In this document: positions 53,321 through 62,679 of the stretch, piece after piece | Layout: the number at the start of each line of letters is the position of its first letter | Position numbering within the stretch: the first letter of the stretch is position 1 | Source of the DNA: a virus | Taxonomy: Duplodnaviria; Heunggongvirae; Uroviricota; Caudoviricetes; Herelleviridae | Reading direction: 5' to 3' (one strand) | Virus record (IMG/VR): IMGVR_UViG_3300027628_000013 | DNA length: 64,000 nt | Notes under the pieces: generated by a model | Told to the model about the DNA's origin: nothing | What the model saw: only the letters and a program-made list of their open reading frames with translations | The model's database searches: none | Translations under genes and position numbers: made by a program

Positions 53321-55237
53321 ATGGGTTTACAGTTTGGTATTGTGGAAGCAGAGAACTTCCTATCTATTGTAAAGAAAATTAAGTTTGATTTCCGTAATAA
53401 GGGCTTAGTTCTTATACAGGGAGATAACCAAGATGATGATGCCTTTGAAAGTAATGGAGCAGGTAAGTCTACTATGTTCTCTGAGACTATTGTGTACACC
53501 TTGTTTGGGGAAACTATTCGTGGATACAAGGGTAATGAAGTCATCAATGAAGAGGTAGGTAAAGGTACAAGAACCTCCTTGCAGGTATTTGATGATGATG
53601 TAGAGTACATTATTGAAAGACACCGTAAGCATAAGGAGCATAGTAACCATGTTCGTATCTTCCGTAATGGTGAAAACGTTACTCCTAAGAGTGACAAGGA
53701 TGCCAACCAGTACATTATTGACCTCCTAGGTATCGACTACGTATCCTTTATCAACTCTGTTATGTTCGGTCAGGGTATCACTAAGATGTTTGCTAGTGCT
53801 ACTGATAGTGAGCAGAAGAAGATTATGGAACGTATGTTGCAGATTGATGTATTTGCAGGGTGCTTAGAGCAGGCTAAGAAAGAGCTTAAGAAATGCAATG
53901 AGGATATTGAGTTACTGGAGCATGCCATTGAGACTAGAACAAATACACTAACTACACAGCGTTCTAATATCGCCAACCTACAAGAGAAGGAAGCTACACT
54001 AGGTAAGCAGGTGGAAGTTACTATCACTGAGTGTGATGAAAAGATAGCAGAATATAAGTCTGAGTTAGAAGATATGGAGACTACTGAGGACTTAGAAGAA
54101 AGCATTGCAAACCTAGATGTACTAGCTGAAAAGGTGCAAGCAAAGATTGACTCCTATGAAGAGATACAGGAAAGCAGAAATGAGCTTGCTACTGAAATGT
54201 CAGTACTGCAACGTGAGATGAAGAAGCTAGAGAAAGAATATACAGCTGATGGACGCAAACTAGCTGATGTTCAGGCAGGCAAAAACGTTCCAAAAACGTG
54301 TTCTGAGTGTGGGCAAGATTTGCCTTTGGATGACACCACCCACATTGAAAATCACCTAAAAGACAATATCAAAAAAGCAATGTCTGAGCGGAAGGAAAAG
54401 TCTGCTGAACTGGATGAGCTGAAAGTACTTGTTGATAAGATAGACAAGAAGCTAGAGGGTAGGAAGAAACAGGTTGACAACCTACAGCTTATTAAAGACG
54501 GTAAGGCTGAGAAGCGTTCTGAGATTAAGCTTATTGAGAATAAGAGAAAGAACCTAGAAAGCAACATTGCTTCTAAGGAGAAGGAGAAGGAGCGTGCTCT
54601 ATCTTTAAGGGATAAGACCTATACTGACCTTATTGAGAAGGCTATAGCAGAAGCTGAAGAAACTAAGAAGTTTATACAAGAGGATGAGAAGGCTATAGAA
54701 GCACTTAAGCATGAAGCCAAGCAGTATGAATTCTGGGTTAACAGCTTCTCTAACAAAGGTATCAAGTCAGTACTTCTTGATAGTGTTACCCCCTTCCTTA
54801 ACACTAGAGCTAATCACTATCTATCTAAGCTGTCTCCTTCTATTGAGGTTAAGTTCAATACTCAGAAGACCCTAGCTAATGGTGAGAAGCGTGACCAATT
54901 CTCAGTAGAGATTAATAACCGTCATGGTGGAGGAGCATATAAAGGTAATAGTGGTGGGGAAAGACGTAGGATTGACCTAGCTGTTATTATGGCTCTGCAA
55001 GACCTAGTGGCTTCACGTTCCAATAAGTCTATTGACTTTGTACTCTATGATGAAGCATTCGAGAATATGGATAACTTAGGATGTGAACGTCTAATAGAAG
55101 TTCTCAAGGAGAAGTCTAAAGGAGTAGGAACGATAATGGTTATCACCCACAATGACAGCTTGAAACAGCTATTTACTAAGAGTGTGAAGGTAACCAAGTC
55201 TGATGGAGCTACAGTTATTACGGAGGTGGCGGCATAG
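53321..55237 (+). CDS. sbcC: SbcC/Rad50-like ATPase with a central coiled coil and a CxxC zinc hook
   Basis: Walker A NGAGKST, hook NVPKTCSECGQDLP, ABC signature SGGERRRIDLAV and Walker B VLYDEAFENMD. Confidence 0.75.
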   Translation: MGLQFGIVEAENFLSIVKKIKFDFRNKGLVLIQGDNQDDDAFESNGAGKSTMFSETIVYTLFGETIRGYKGNEVINEEVGKGTRTSLQVFDDDVEYIIERHRKHKEHSNHVRIFRNGENVTPKSDKDANQYIIDLLGIDYVSFINSVMFGQGITKMFASATDSEQKKIMERMLQIDVFAGCLEQAKKELKKCNEDIELLEHAIETRTNTLTTQRSNIANLQEKEATLGKQVEVTITECDEKIAEYKSELEDMETTEDLEESIANLDVLAEKVQAKIDSYEEIQESRNELATEMSVLQREMKKLEKEYTADGRKLADVQAGKNVPKTCSECGQDLPLDDTTHIENHLKDNIKKAMSERKEKSAELDELKVLVDKIDKKLEGRKKQVDNLQLIKDGKAEKRSEIKLIENKRKNLESNIASKEKEKERALSLRDKTYTDLIEKAIAEAEETKKFIQEDEKAIEALKHEAKQYEFWVNSFSNKGIKSVLLDSVTPFLNTRANHYLSKLSPSIEVKFNTQKTLANGEKRDQFSVEINNRHGGGAYKGNSGGERRRIDLAVIMALQDLVASRSNKSIDFVLYDEAFENMDNLGCERLIEVLKEKSKGVGTIMVITHNDSLKQLFTKSVKVTKSDGATVITEVAA

Positions 55238-55500
55238 TGAAGATAGAGGGCAAAGCCACAGTCACAATAGGTAATCTACAGTATGACCTAAAAGATTTAG
55301 TGATGGATGCCTATTCAGATGAGATTCAAGCACAGGTGGATAGAATAGCTAGGCAGAGTGGGTATTCTTCCTTTACCATAGAAGCTCATCGTACTAGTTT
55401 GAGACATAAGTTAAAGACACCAAGACTAAACAGATATTTCGAGGAGGTAAGGGTACCATGGGACGTATTGAAAGCAAAGAGCAAGCTGAAGCGTGGTTGA
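55237..55500 (+). CDS. Hypothetical protein (87 aa), GTG start overlapping the sbcC stop
   Basis: RBS GGAGGTG. Confidence 0.35.
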   Translation: MKIEGKATVTIGNLQYDLKDLVMDAYSDEIQAQVDRIARQSGYSSFTIEAHRTSLRHKLKTPRLNRYFEEVRVPWDVLKAKSKLKRG

Positions 55501-55946
55501 GGTATATAGAACAATCTAAGGTTCAGGTGAGTCAAAGATATATAAATGAGCTAAGAAGAAGGGCAGGTCACAGAGACATAGACCCTATGGATGCGGTAGT
55601 GGAGCAGATGGAGGATATGCTAGATGATATACTCTTTGGCGATGAGGAAGAGTACAGCATTCCATATGACCCTAATGACCCTATACAGGTGGAGTTGAGA
55701 AAGTTAGATCAGATACTACACTTTGGACAGACATATGAAGAGGTACCAGCTGAGGTAGCTATGAATGCAATACAGAGAAAGTTTGAAACAGTAGGGCTAG
55801 GAAAGCCAATGTCTGTACCTTTAGTGGAAACAGAGTTTGATGGTCTACAGAAGTTAACTTATATCAGTGGTAAGCCTGCACCAGTGTTTAAGCAAGAAAT
55901 TATGGGAGAGTTCTATAAGGAGGATGATGAGAATGAAGAAGGGTGA
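55458..55946 (+). CDS. Hypothetical acidic protein
   Basis: RBS GAGGAGG. Confidence 0.45.
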   Translation: MGRIESKEQAEAWLRYIEQSKVQVSQRYINELRRRAGHRDIDPMDAVVEQMEDMLDDILFGDEEEYSIPYDPNDPIQVELRKLDQILHFGQTYEEVPAEVAMNAIQRKFETVGLGKPMSVPLVETEFDGLQKLTYISGKPAPVFKQEIMGEFYKEDDENEEG

Positions 55947-56280
55947 CGTTTACAGACACTTTAAAGGTAACATATATAAATTTATAGGGATTGCCACTCC
56001 ATCAGAGGAAATATCAGTTAGGACTTACCCATATGGGAGTGCTACTGCTAAACACTCTGAAACCAAAGAAAAGGTTAGAGTACAGCAGATACCTTCCTTT
56101 GATAATGTGTATGTATCTGATTTAGATGAACCAGTAGTACTATACAAAGACACTATGGACGGACAACTTTGGGTTAGACCTGTAGATATGTTCTTCGACT
56201 ATAAAGTTATAGCGGTTGATAGCGTTACACGTCCTGACCCTGTGATAAAGCATGTTAAGAGATTTACAAAGATATCGTGA
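55933..56280 (+). CDS. Hypothetical protein (115 aa)
   Basis: Start reset to the ATG at 55933 (RBS AAGGAGG with 9-nt spacing). A strong terminator follows. Confidence 0.45.
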   Translation: MKKGDVYRHFKGNIYKFIGIATPSEEISVRTYPYGSATAKHSETKEKVRVQQIPSFDNVYVSDLDEPVVLYKDTMDGQLWVRPVDMFFDYKVIAVDSVTRPDPVIKHVKRFTKIS

Positions 56281-56288
56281 CAATTTTG

Positions 56289-56323
56289 GACTTCTGACTT
56301 TTTATTAGTCAGGAGTCTTTTTT
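56289..56323 (+). terminator. Rho-independent terminator (GACTTCTGACT / AGTCAGGAGTC + TTTTTT)
   Basis: 11-bp stem (one G-U pair) with a T-run. Confidence 0.65.
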
Positions 56324-56336
56324 GGGAGGTAGGAAC

Positions 56337-57377
56337 ATGTCAACAGCACTAGAATATATAGAATCCTCTTTAGGAGGAGGGACACCTCATAATACCGCAA
56401 AGGGCATGCAGTACTCCTACATGTGTCCTTTGTGCCATGACCATAAGGATAGACTGTTTGTCAATGTAGACAGGCAGGTATTCCATTGCCACAATTGTGA
56501 GACAAGCGGTACACTAATCACATTCATCTCACTCTTAGCAGGGATTACATGGCATGATGCACTTGATATCTACCGTGAGTATCAAGGGAATGAATACCAG
56601 CTCCCTGACTCACTAGAGCAGGAAGTATACGATAAGCTAACAGAGAAGATGGAGGTAGAGCAAGAGAAGTATATCCATCCTCTACCTGAAGAGTTTGTCC
56701 TACTTGAGGATGCAACAGGTAAGGCAGGTAGGCAAGCTGTGAAGTATGCTAAGAGCAGGGGTATCACTATGAAGATTGCAGAGCAACATTATGTAGGGTA
56801 CTGTGCTGAAGGAAAGTATAAGAATCGTATCATAATGCCAGATTTTGAAGATGGTGAATTAGTGTACTGGCAAGCTCGTACATGGGAGCCACCACCTAAG
56901 AATAAGATGATGAAGAAGTTCTATAGAAAGGTACTGAATCCATCCTTAACAGATGAACAGATAGAAAACGGTGTGATAGCCGTTGATAAGTCTGAAATCA
57001 TTACCAACATAGACTACATCTTAGAGGATGGGGTAGCGGTTATATGTGAGGGTAAGATGGATAGTTACTCTATAGGAGACTATGGTGGAGCCATTCACGG
57101 AAAGCATATGTCAGACACTCAGTTTATCAAGCTCGTAAAGAACAAGAACAAGATAGACTCGGTGTATGTAATGCTAGATGGCGATGCGTTCCCTAATGCA
57201 GTAGCCCTAGCAAAGAGACTAGACATGTACTTTGATGAGGTCAGAGTTTGTAGGATGCCTACAGTAGATGATGACCCAGGTAGTATTGGTCGTAAGGGTA
57301 TCCTGAAGTCAATCCAAGAGTCTGAACGATACGGAAGTATGTTCCACGTAAAATGTCAACTCAGAGGATGGATATGA
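56337..57377 (+). CDS. DNA primase (CHC2 zinc finger + TOPRIM)
   Basis: CPLCHDHKD...HCHNCETSG zinc finger. TOPRIM motifs VICEGKMDSYS and VMLDGDAFP. Confidence 0.7.
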   Translation: MSTALEYIESSLGGGTPHNTAKGMQYSYMCPLCHDHKDRLFVNVDRQVFHCHNCETSGTLITFISLLAGITWHDALDIYREYQGNEYQLPDSLEQEVYDKLTEKMEVEQEKYIHPLPEEFVLLEDATGKAGRQAVKYAKSRGITMKIAEQHYVGYCAEGKYKNRIIMPDFEDGELVYWQARTWEPPPKNKMMKKFYRKVLNPSLTDEQIENGVIAVDKSEIITNIDYILEDGVAVICEGKMDSYSIGDYGGAIHGKHMSDTQFIKLVKNKNKIDSVYVMLDGDAFPNAVALAKRLDMYFDEVRVCRMPTVDDDPGSIGRKGILKSIQESERYGSMFHVKCQLRGWI

Positions 57378-57439
57378 GGGAGAGAAGTTTTGAGAGCAGG
57401 GTTTTTTTAACATGAACACGCTGAGAGGAGCAAAGGACA

Positions 57440-57970
57440 ATGAGAAACGTACCGTATTATTCTGAGATGCCTGACTTTGAGCTAAAGAGAGCTCATGAAG
57501 ACGATGCAGGCTATGACTTACCTATTTGGGATGAGCGCTTAACTAATGGAGAGTGGTCTCATACTGGTGAGTACACATTGAATCAATTTGAAAGTAAAAA
57601 GTTTAAGACAGGGGTACACATTGGGATGCCTGTAGGTAAGATTGCAGAATTCCTTAACGCTAGACATAGAGTATATGGTCAGCTAGACACACGTAGTGGA
57701 ACTTCAGACCATAAGCTAATCCTGCTATGTCACACTATTGATTCTCCATATAGAGGGAACATTAGATTAGTTCTTATGAACCTAAACCCTGAGCCTGTCA
57801 CTATCAAGAATGGGGTAAGCTTAGCACAGATTATCTTCAACCCATTTGGGGTAGATGACCATTTCAACTTTATCAAGTGTCCTACACTTAATGAGTTTAT
57901 GGAGAAAGCAGGAAATACATTACGTGGTGCAAATGGATTTAATTCTACTGGAGGAGGACTAGGAAAATGA
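57440..57970 (+). CDS. dut: dUTPase / dCTP deaminase-family protein
   Basis: Motifs DDAGYDLPI, DTRSGTS and IDSPYRGNIRLV. Confidence 0.55.
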   Translation: MRNVPYYSEMPDFELKRAHEDDAGYDLPIWDERLTNGEWSHTGEYTLNQFESKKFKTGVHIGMPVGKIAEFLNARHRVYGQLDTRSGTSDHKLILLCHTIDSPYRGNIRLVLMNLNPEPVTIKNGVSLAQIIFNPFGVDDHFNFIKCPTLNEFMEKAGNTLRGANGFNSTGGGLGK

Positions 57971-58359
57971 CAAACGTAAACCAACAAAAAATCAATGAAG
58001 CAGTAATGAAAGCGGTAGGTAAGGAGGCTCCTGACTTATCAAGGCTACAGAAGAAAGCAGAGAAAGAGAAAAAGGCACAGGAGCGATATATGAAAGGCAT
58101 GATGACTCGTCAAGAGGTACAAGATTATATGGCTCCATTCTTTAATCAGATGCAGGAACTACAGACTAACCTACAACTTGTTTACATCCAGAACCTAGCA
58201 CTTCATAAGTTAGCTAAAGAGAACTGGGGCTTGACAGATGAACAGCTAGACAAACTAGCTAGAGATGTAGCTGACGAGTTCTATAAGGTTCCTGAGTATC
58301 CTGAGCCTACTAATACTGAGTCTCCTAAGGAGGATGTTAATGAAGAAGCTGGTAATTAA
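57967..58359 (+). CDS. Hypothetical protein (130 aa)
   Basis: ATGA overlap with the dut stop. Confidence 0.45.
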   Translation: MTNVNQQKINEAVMKAVGKEAPDLSRLQKKAEKEKKAQERYMKGMMTRQEVQDYMAPFFNQMQELQTNLQLVYIQNLALHKLAKENWGLTDEQLDKLARDVADEFYKVPEYPEPTNTESPKEDVNEEAGN

Positions 58360-58594
58360 GTCTATTGCATGGTTTGTGGGAGGGGTATTGCTTAGTGCAA
58401 TACTCCAGCAAGCCCACCCTATGATTACAGCAGATACCGCAGTTAAGCAACTAGAGGATTCAGATTCCGCATACCTACAGTTTAAAGCAGTTATGGGCGT
58501 AGGCTCTACACTCATCTTAGCAATCTATGTCGTTGTCGCTATGTTTTTCCTACACTTTGACGTTAAAAAACTATTCAAAAAAGGGGATAAATGA
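58340..58594 (+). CDS. Small membrane protein (two TM helices)
   Basis: RBS AAGGAGG. Hydrophobic segments IAWFVGGVLLSAIL and VGSTLILAIYVVVAMFFL. Confidence 0.45.
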   Translation: MKKLVIKSIAWFVGGVLLSAILQQAHPMITADTAVKQLEDSDSAYLQFKAVMGVGSTLILAIYVVVAMFFLHFDVKKLFKKGDK

Positions 58595-58595
58595 G

Positions 58596-59186
58596 GTGTG
58601 TAAGGTAAAAGGCTGTGATAACAAGCCCTATAGAAAGGGCTTGTGCAGACCTCATGATTATAGAGCTAAGAAGTATGGAGACCCTTTAGCTAGGACTAAG
58701 AGAGACCCTAATGAAATTATAAATAATGGTGACGTATCCTATATCTGTCTGTACAAGGATTGTCAGGTTATAGCACATGCAATAATTGATACCAAGAATG
58801 TACCCCTAGTAGAGGGGTGTGTTTGGTACCTTGATACTGATGGATATGTTAAGTCTAACACAGAGGGCAAGAGAAAGCTACACAGACTTATATGTGGTAA
58901 CCCTGAGGGCAAGGTTATTGACCATTGGAACCACAATAAGCTTGATAATACAGAAGACAACTTGAAAGTAGGCACTCAGCTAGACAACAACCAAAATATT
59001 GTCAAGAGAGTAGACAATACTAGCGGGCACACTGGGGTTCGTAAGAGGGAAGACACGGGTAAATGGAGAGCTTATATCTCTGTTAACAAGAAGCCTATAA
59101 GCCTAGGCAGTTTTGCTACTGTTGAAGAAGCTGTAGAAGCTAGAAAGAAAGCAGAACAAAAATACTTTGGTACTAAGGAGAAGTGA
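58596..59186 (+). CDS. HNH endonuclease + AP2 domain (paralog of 6465-6980) with an N-terminal zinc ribbon; GTG start proposed
   Basis: VIDHWNHNKLDNTEDNLKVGTQLDNNQN, then AP2-like HTGVRKREDTGKWRAYISVNKKPISLGSFATVEEAVEARKKAEQKYFG. The track start at 58527 would overlap the upstream gene in another frame. Confidence 0.6.
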   Translation: MCKVKGCDNKPYRKGLCRPHDYRAKKYGDPLARTKRDPNEIINNGDVSYICLYKDCQVIAHAIIDTKNVPLVEGCVWYLDTDGYVKSNTEGKRKLHRLICGNPEGKVIDHWNHNKLDNTEDNLKVGTQLDNNQNIVKRVDNTSGHTGVRKREDTGKWRAYISVNKKPISLGSFATVEEAVEARKKAEQKYFGTKEK

Positions 59187-59191
59187 ATTAT

Positions 59192-60115
59192 ATGAATATT
59201 AAGAAAAAGGTTGTCCTTCCTATTGCTTTGGTTGTTGGTGTATCTACCCTATCAGGTTGCTCATTTGTAAAACCATACGATAAGCCTGAGTATGTTGAAA
59301 TCAAGCCTAACCAAACAGCATTTGTTATTCCTCTTGAAGGTGCTACTAGTGACCAAGGTAAACTGGATAGTGAGAAATTCCTTAAGGATGCACAGGTAGC
59401 TTCTAAGCGTATCCAAGTACCTCACCGATGGGTTAAAACAGGTAAGTGGCGTGGAAGTGGTAAATACATGGATACAGTTCGTGTAGTAGTAGTAGACCGT
59501 TATCCTGAGACACGTGAGTGGACTGATAACAAGCTGGGTTCCTTTGTAGGTGAGTCTAGAGACTCTATTAAGTTCAAACAGGGTATGTCAGCTACAGCAC
59601 AGATTCTAGAGGATGACACAGCTACATTCTTGTACCAATACTCAGGTAAGAGCCTTAAACAAGTTATGGATAAAGAGATTCGTAACAAGATTGGCTCAGT
59701 GTTACTAGAGAAATACGGAACAATGGACATTGATAAGATTCGTGGCTCTAAAGATGACGTTATCGCCTATGTACGAAAAGAAGTAGAACCATACTTCAAG
59801 AAGCGTGGAATTACATTATCTAACATTGGTTATATTGGTGACCTTCAGTACCTACAGTCCGATATTCAAACTGCTATCAACAAGAAATTTACAGCAGAGC
59901 AAGAACAACAGGCACAGAAGGTAAAGAATAAGACAGAGATTGAAAAGGCTAAGGCTGATGCAGAAGCGGCTAAGACTAGACAATCATCTATTGAAGCTCA
60001 GACTAAGCTACTAGAGATGGAGAACCAAAAGGCTTGGATTGAGAAATGGGATGGTAAGATGCCTAGTGTGCAGGCTGGTGGCAATTCTATGATTCAAATT
60101 CCTACGCAGAAGTAA
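59192..60115 (+). CDS. Lipoprotein with an SPFH/band-7 (prohibitin/HflK-like) domain
   Basis: Signal peptide plus lipobox LSGC. SPFH-like core and a coiled-coil C-terminus ending in the KAWIEKWDGKMP-type motif. Confidence 0.55.
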   Translation: MNIKKKVVLPIALVVGVSTLSGCSFVKPYDKPEYVEIKPNQTAFVIPLEGATSDQGKLDSEKFLKDAQVASKRIQVPHRWVKTGKWRGSGKYMDTVRVVVVDRYPETREWTDNKLGSFVGESRDSIKFKQGMSATAQILEDDTATFLYQYSGKSLKQVMDKEIRNKIGSVLLEKYGTMDIDKIRGSKDDVIAYVRKEVEPYFKKRGITLSNIGYIGDLQYLQSDIQTAINKKFTAEQEQQAQKVKNKTEIEKAKADAEAAKTRQSSIEAQTKLLEMENQKAWIEKWDGKMPSVQAGGNSMIQIPTQK

Positions 60116-60151
60116 CAGGAAAATAAAAGAAAATAAGGGTAACCAGAGGAT

Positions 60152-60188
60152 ATAGTGCTGATATGAGTCAGCACTATTTTCTTTTTGA
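60152..60188 (+). terminator. Rho-independent terminator (ATAGTGCTGA / TCAGCACTAT + TTTTCTTTTT)
   Basis: Perfect 10-bp stem with a T-run. Confidence 0.65.
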
Positions 60189-60210
60189 TTGGGTAAAAGG
60201 AGGTGTATCT

Positions 60211-60612
60211 ATGAGCAAAAGGCTGAGAGACGCAGGAGTTACTAAGAGATTTATAGCCCTTGGAGTATCAGCTATATTGAATGTCCTGTTAGTGTGTTTT
60301 CTTATCGTGGCTTGTACTTATGGTAATGCGTTTAATGGTAAGTACTCTTTAGGTTTGTCTAGTGCTGTGAAATCCAATTACTTAGTACTGGTGTATTCAG
60401 GAGGTAAAGTAACTGATTACTACACTATTAAGAACGGAGTCATACAGTACTCTAAAGACACAGGCGCAACATACTGGGTGGCAGACGATGGGGGTCTACT
60501 TTGGCTTAAGGCTGATGTAGCGGTTAAAGAGATTAAAGACACAGACGAATACCACAGACTTAGGAAAGAGTACAACTTAGATAAGATAGATAAAAAGAAT
60601 AGTAGTGAGTAA
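60211..60612 (+). CDS. Membrane protein with an N-terminal TM helix (134 aa)
   Basis: Start reset to the ATG at 60211 (RBS AAAAGGAGGTG). TM segment FIALGVSAILNVLLVCFLIVAC. Confidence 0.5.
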   Translation: MSKRLRDAGVTKRFIALGVSAILNVLLVCFLIVACTYGNAFNGKYSLGLSSAVKSNYLVLVYSGGKVTDYYTIKNGVIQYSKDTGATYWVADDGGLLWLKADVAVKEIKDTDEYHRLRKEYNLDKIDKKNSSE

Positions 60613-60625
60613 TACGACCACACTT

Positions 60626-60660
60626 ATGGGACTTCAATATGGAGTCCCATTTTCCTTTTT
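60626..60660 (+). terminator. Rho-independent terminator (ATGGGACT / AGTCCCAT + TTTTCCTTTTTT)
   Basis: Perfect 8-bp stem with a T-run. Confidence 0.6.
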
Positions 60661-60684
60661 TATAAAAGAAAGGGAGTGTGCGTG

Positions 60685-61215
60685 ATGACAGAAAAGAAGA
60701 AGAGAGTCAATAGCAAACAAAAGGGTTCTGAATATGAACGTAAAATTGCTAAGATTTTGTCTAAGTATTGGGGTGAAGACTTTCATCGTACTCCTATGAG
60801 TGGAGGTCTCCATTGGAAGGATGATAATAGGGTGGCTGGAGATATTGTGACACCACCAACTTCCATATATCCTTGGACAACAGAATGTAAGAAAAGGCAG
60901 GAGTGGGGTTTTGACCAGCTACTAAAAGGTACTGGAGAGGTAGAGCAATGGTGGAAGCAAGCTCTAGGGGATAGCGTTCGAGTAGGTCTTAAGCCACTTG
61001 TTATCTTTGCTAAGAACTTCTCACCTAACTACATGATGTTCGAATATGAAGATGCTAAGGTGTTTGCTAAGGAACTTGGTATGGAAGAGCTTCCTTTCAT
61101 TCATTTTGTTCTCCACAAACCAAACACAGCTAGTAGAGTAATCTGCATCCTAGAGGACTTCATCAAACATGTACCAAAGGAAGTAGTTATCAAGGCTCTA
61201 AACCTAGAAAAATAA
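60685..61215 (+). CDS. Holliday-junction resolvase-like nuclease (archaeal Hjc/PD-(D/E)xK-like)
   Basis: KQKGSEYERKIAKIL...RTPMSGG...AGDIVTPP matches the Hjc pattern KGS..ER...L....R.P.SG...D(I/V). Confidence 0.5.
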   Translation: MTEKKKRVNSKQKGSEYERKIAKILSKYWGEDFHRTPMSGGLHWKDDNRVAGDIVTPPTSIYPWTTECKKRQEWGFDQLLKGTGEVEQWWKQALGDSVRVGLKPLVIFAKNFSPNYMMFEYEDAKVFAKELGMEELPFIHFVLHKPNTASRVICILEDFIKHVPKEVVIKALNLEK

Positions 61216-61230
61216 TCTTGAAAGTACTAT

Positions 61231-61258
61231 GGGTAGGACTCGTTCCTGCCCTTTTCTT
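61231..61258 (+). terminator. Terminator-like hairpin (GGGTAGGA...TCCTGCCC + TTTTCTT)
   Basis: 8-bp stem (one G-U pair) with a T tract. Confidence 0.45.
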
Positions 61259-61382
61259 ATGCTATCTACTGCTTCATAATGCCTGTCCATTTGATGTTTT
61301 CACTGATGTGGGGCAAAATCATTTTCAAGAGGGACGCACACAAGCAACCCACTACAAAAACTAATTAAAAGGAGTGTTTCAA

Positions 61383-62072
61383 ATGGCTACAACTACTGGA
61401 TATGAATACAAAGAAGAGGTTTACACTAACTTAACGGAGTTATCTCAAGCAATGGGGCTTCCTAAGCCACCTAAGAAAGAGGAAGTTATTAACGGTAAGT
61501 ACTCAGACGTAGTAAACGTAATTGATTTAGCTGAAGAAGATACACAGGAGGTAGCACAGGAAGAGCAGTCTACAGAGGAAGAGACTAAGCAAGAAGCTAC
61601 TTCATCAGAGGAAACTGATACTGAGAAGTCTACTGATGAGGAGAATTGGGAAGAAGGTTATCCAGCTAAGAAAGATAGCGGAGAGCAAGAAGAAGCTAGT
61701 GCTGAGGATATCTTGGAGGTACTTGGTGAGATTGAGAGCTTAGATGAGTTTAAAGAGTTCTTTAAGGATTTAGATACGGAGACAGCAGTAATCTGTGTCG
61801 ATGCTCTAGACTTAGAAATCAAGCCTACGGATAACCCTAATATCTATCGTATGAGACTGTCAATGGCTCTACAACGTCATCTATTCCCTGAGCACTTTAA
61901 GCCTAAAAAGGCTGAAAAGAAAACTAAGTATGGTGACTTCTCTACAGAGGAGCTAGAAGCTATAGCTAAGAAACATAAGGTGGAGTTTGAAGACAACCCA
62001 CATGCAGGTATTCATCGTATGAGATTGATTATGGCTCTTAAGAAGAGTGGGCATTTGGTAGAAAGCAAGTAA
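61383..62072 (+). CDS. Acidic protein with two Rho_N/SAP-like nucleic-acid-binding motifs
   Basis: NPNIYRMRLSMALQRHL and EELEAIAKKHKVEFEDNPHAGIHRMRLIMALKK resemble the Rho N-terminal motif (EL..LA...G......RMRKQDIIFAILK). Confidence 0.5.
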   Translation: MATTTGYEYKEEVYTNLTELSQAMGLPKPPKKEEVINGKYSDVVNVIDLAEEDTQEVAQEEQSTEEETKQEATSSEETDTEKSTDEENWEEGYPAKKDSGEQEEASAEDILEVLGEIESLDEFKEFFKDLDTETAVICVDALDLEIKPTDNPNIYRMRLSMALQRHLFPEHFKPKKAEKKTKYGDFSTEELEAIAKKHKVEFEDNPHAGIHRMRLIMALKKSGHLVESK

Positions 62073-62078
62073 TGTAAG

Positions 62079-62105
62079 GGTAGGGGGGCAAGCCCCTACT
62101 TTTTA
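62079..62105 (+). terminator. Rho-independent terminator (GTAGGGG-GGCAAG-CCCCTAC + TTTTTA)
   Basis: 7-bp GC-rich stem with a T-run. Confidence 0.55.
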
Positions 62106-62309
62106 TAACAACATTGGTACAAGCTATCAACGCAATATACCCCCTAATACATATCGCACCTATCACTAGAATAGCCTACATGAGGTTGGAAAAATCTTCT
62201 TGACTTTCCTGTAAATTCGTGAGAGAATGTTTTCAGTGGCTTGATTGCATCACAGAGGAGCGAGCAATATAGTAACAAATAACCTAGAGTATAGAAGGAG
62301 ATGGGAACT

Positions 62310-62585
62310 ATGGTAAATATGGACAATCATGATACAGAGAGAATGAATTGTGAGGTATTGCAAATCGTTTCAGACATCACGTTATCAAGTACACAGAAAA
62401 TGATGACACTAATTATCAGAGACGAAAATGATAAGGTAGTAATATCTCAACAAAAATGGTGGAGACATAAGGAAACTGATAAGTGGAAGCCTGGGAAAGG
62501 GTTTCAACTAGATGGTAGAACATCTATCCTTGTGGGTAAAGCAATGGCGGAAGCTGGGTCTAAGATTTTAACTATCAAGAACTAA
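62310..62585 (+). CDS. Hypothetical protein (91 aa)
   Basis: RBS GAAGGAG. Confidence 0.4.
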   Translation: MVNMDNHDTERMNCEVLQIVSDITLSSTQKMMTLIIRDENDKVVISQQKWWRHKETDKWKPGKGFQLDGRTSILVGKAMAEAGSKILTIKN

Positions 62586-62679
62586 CAACCCATAGACTAT
62601 AATAGATATAGAGAAAAAGGCGGAAGAAGAACAACAAAAGCTGGGGTAATCAATTATTATATGGGGAGAGAAGAAATAT

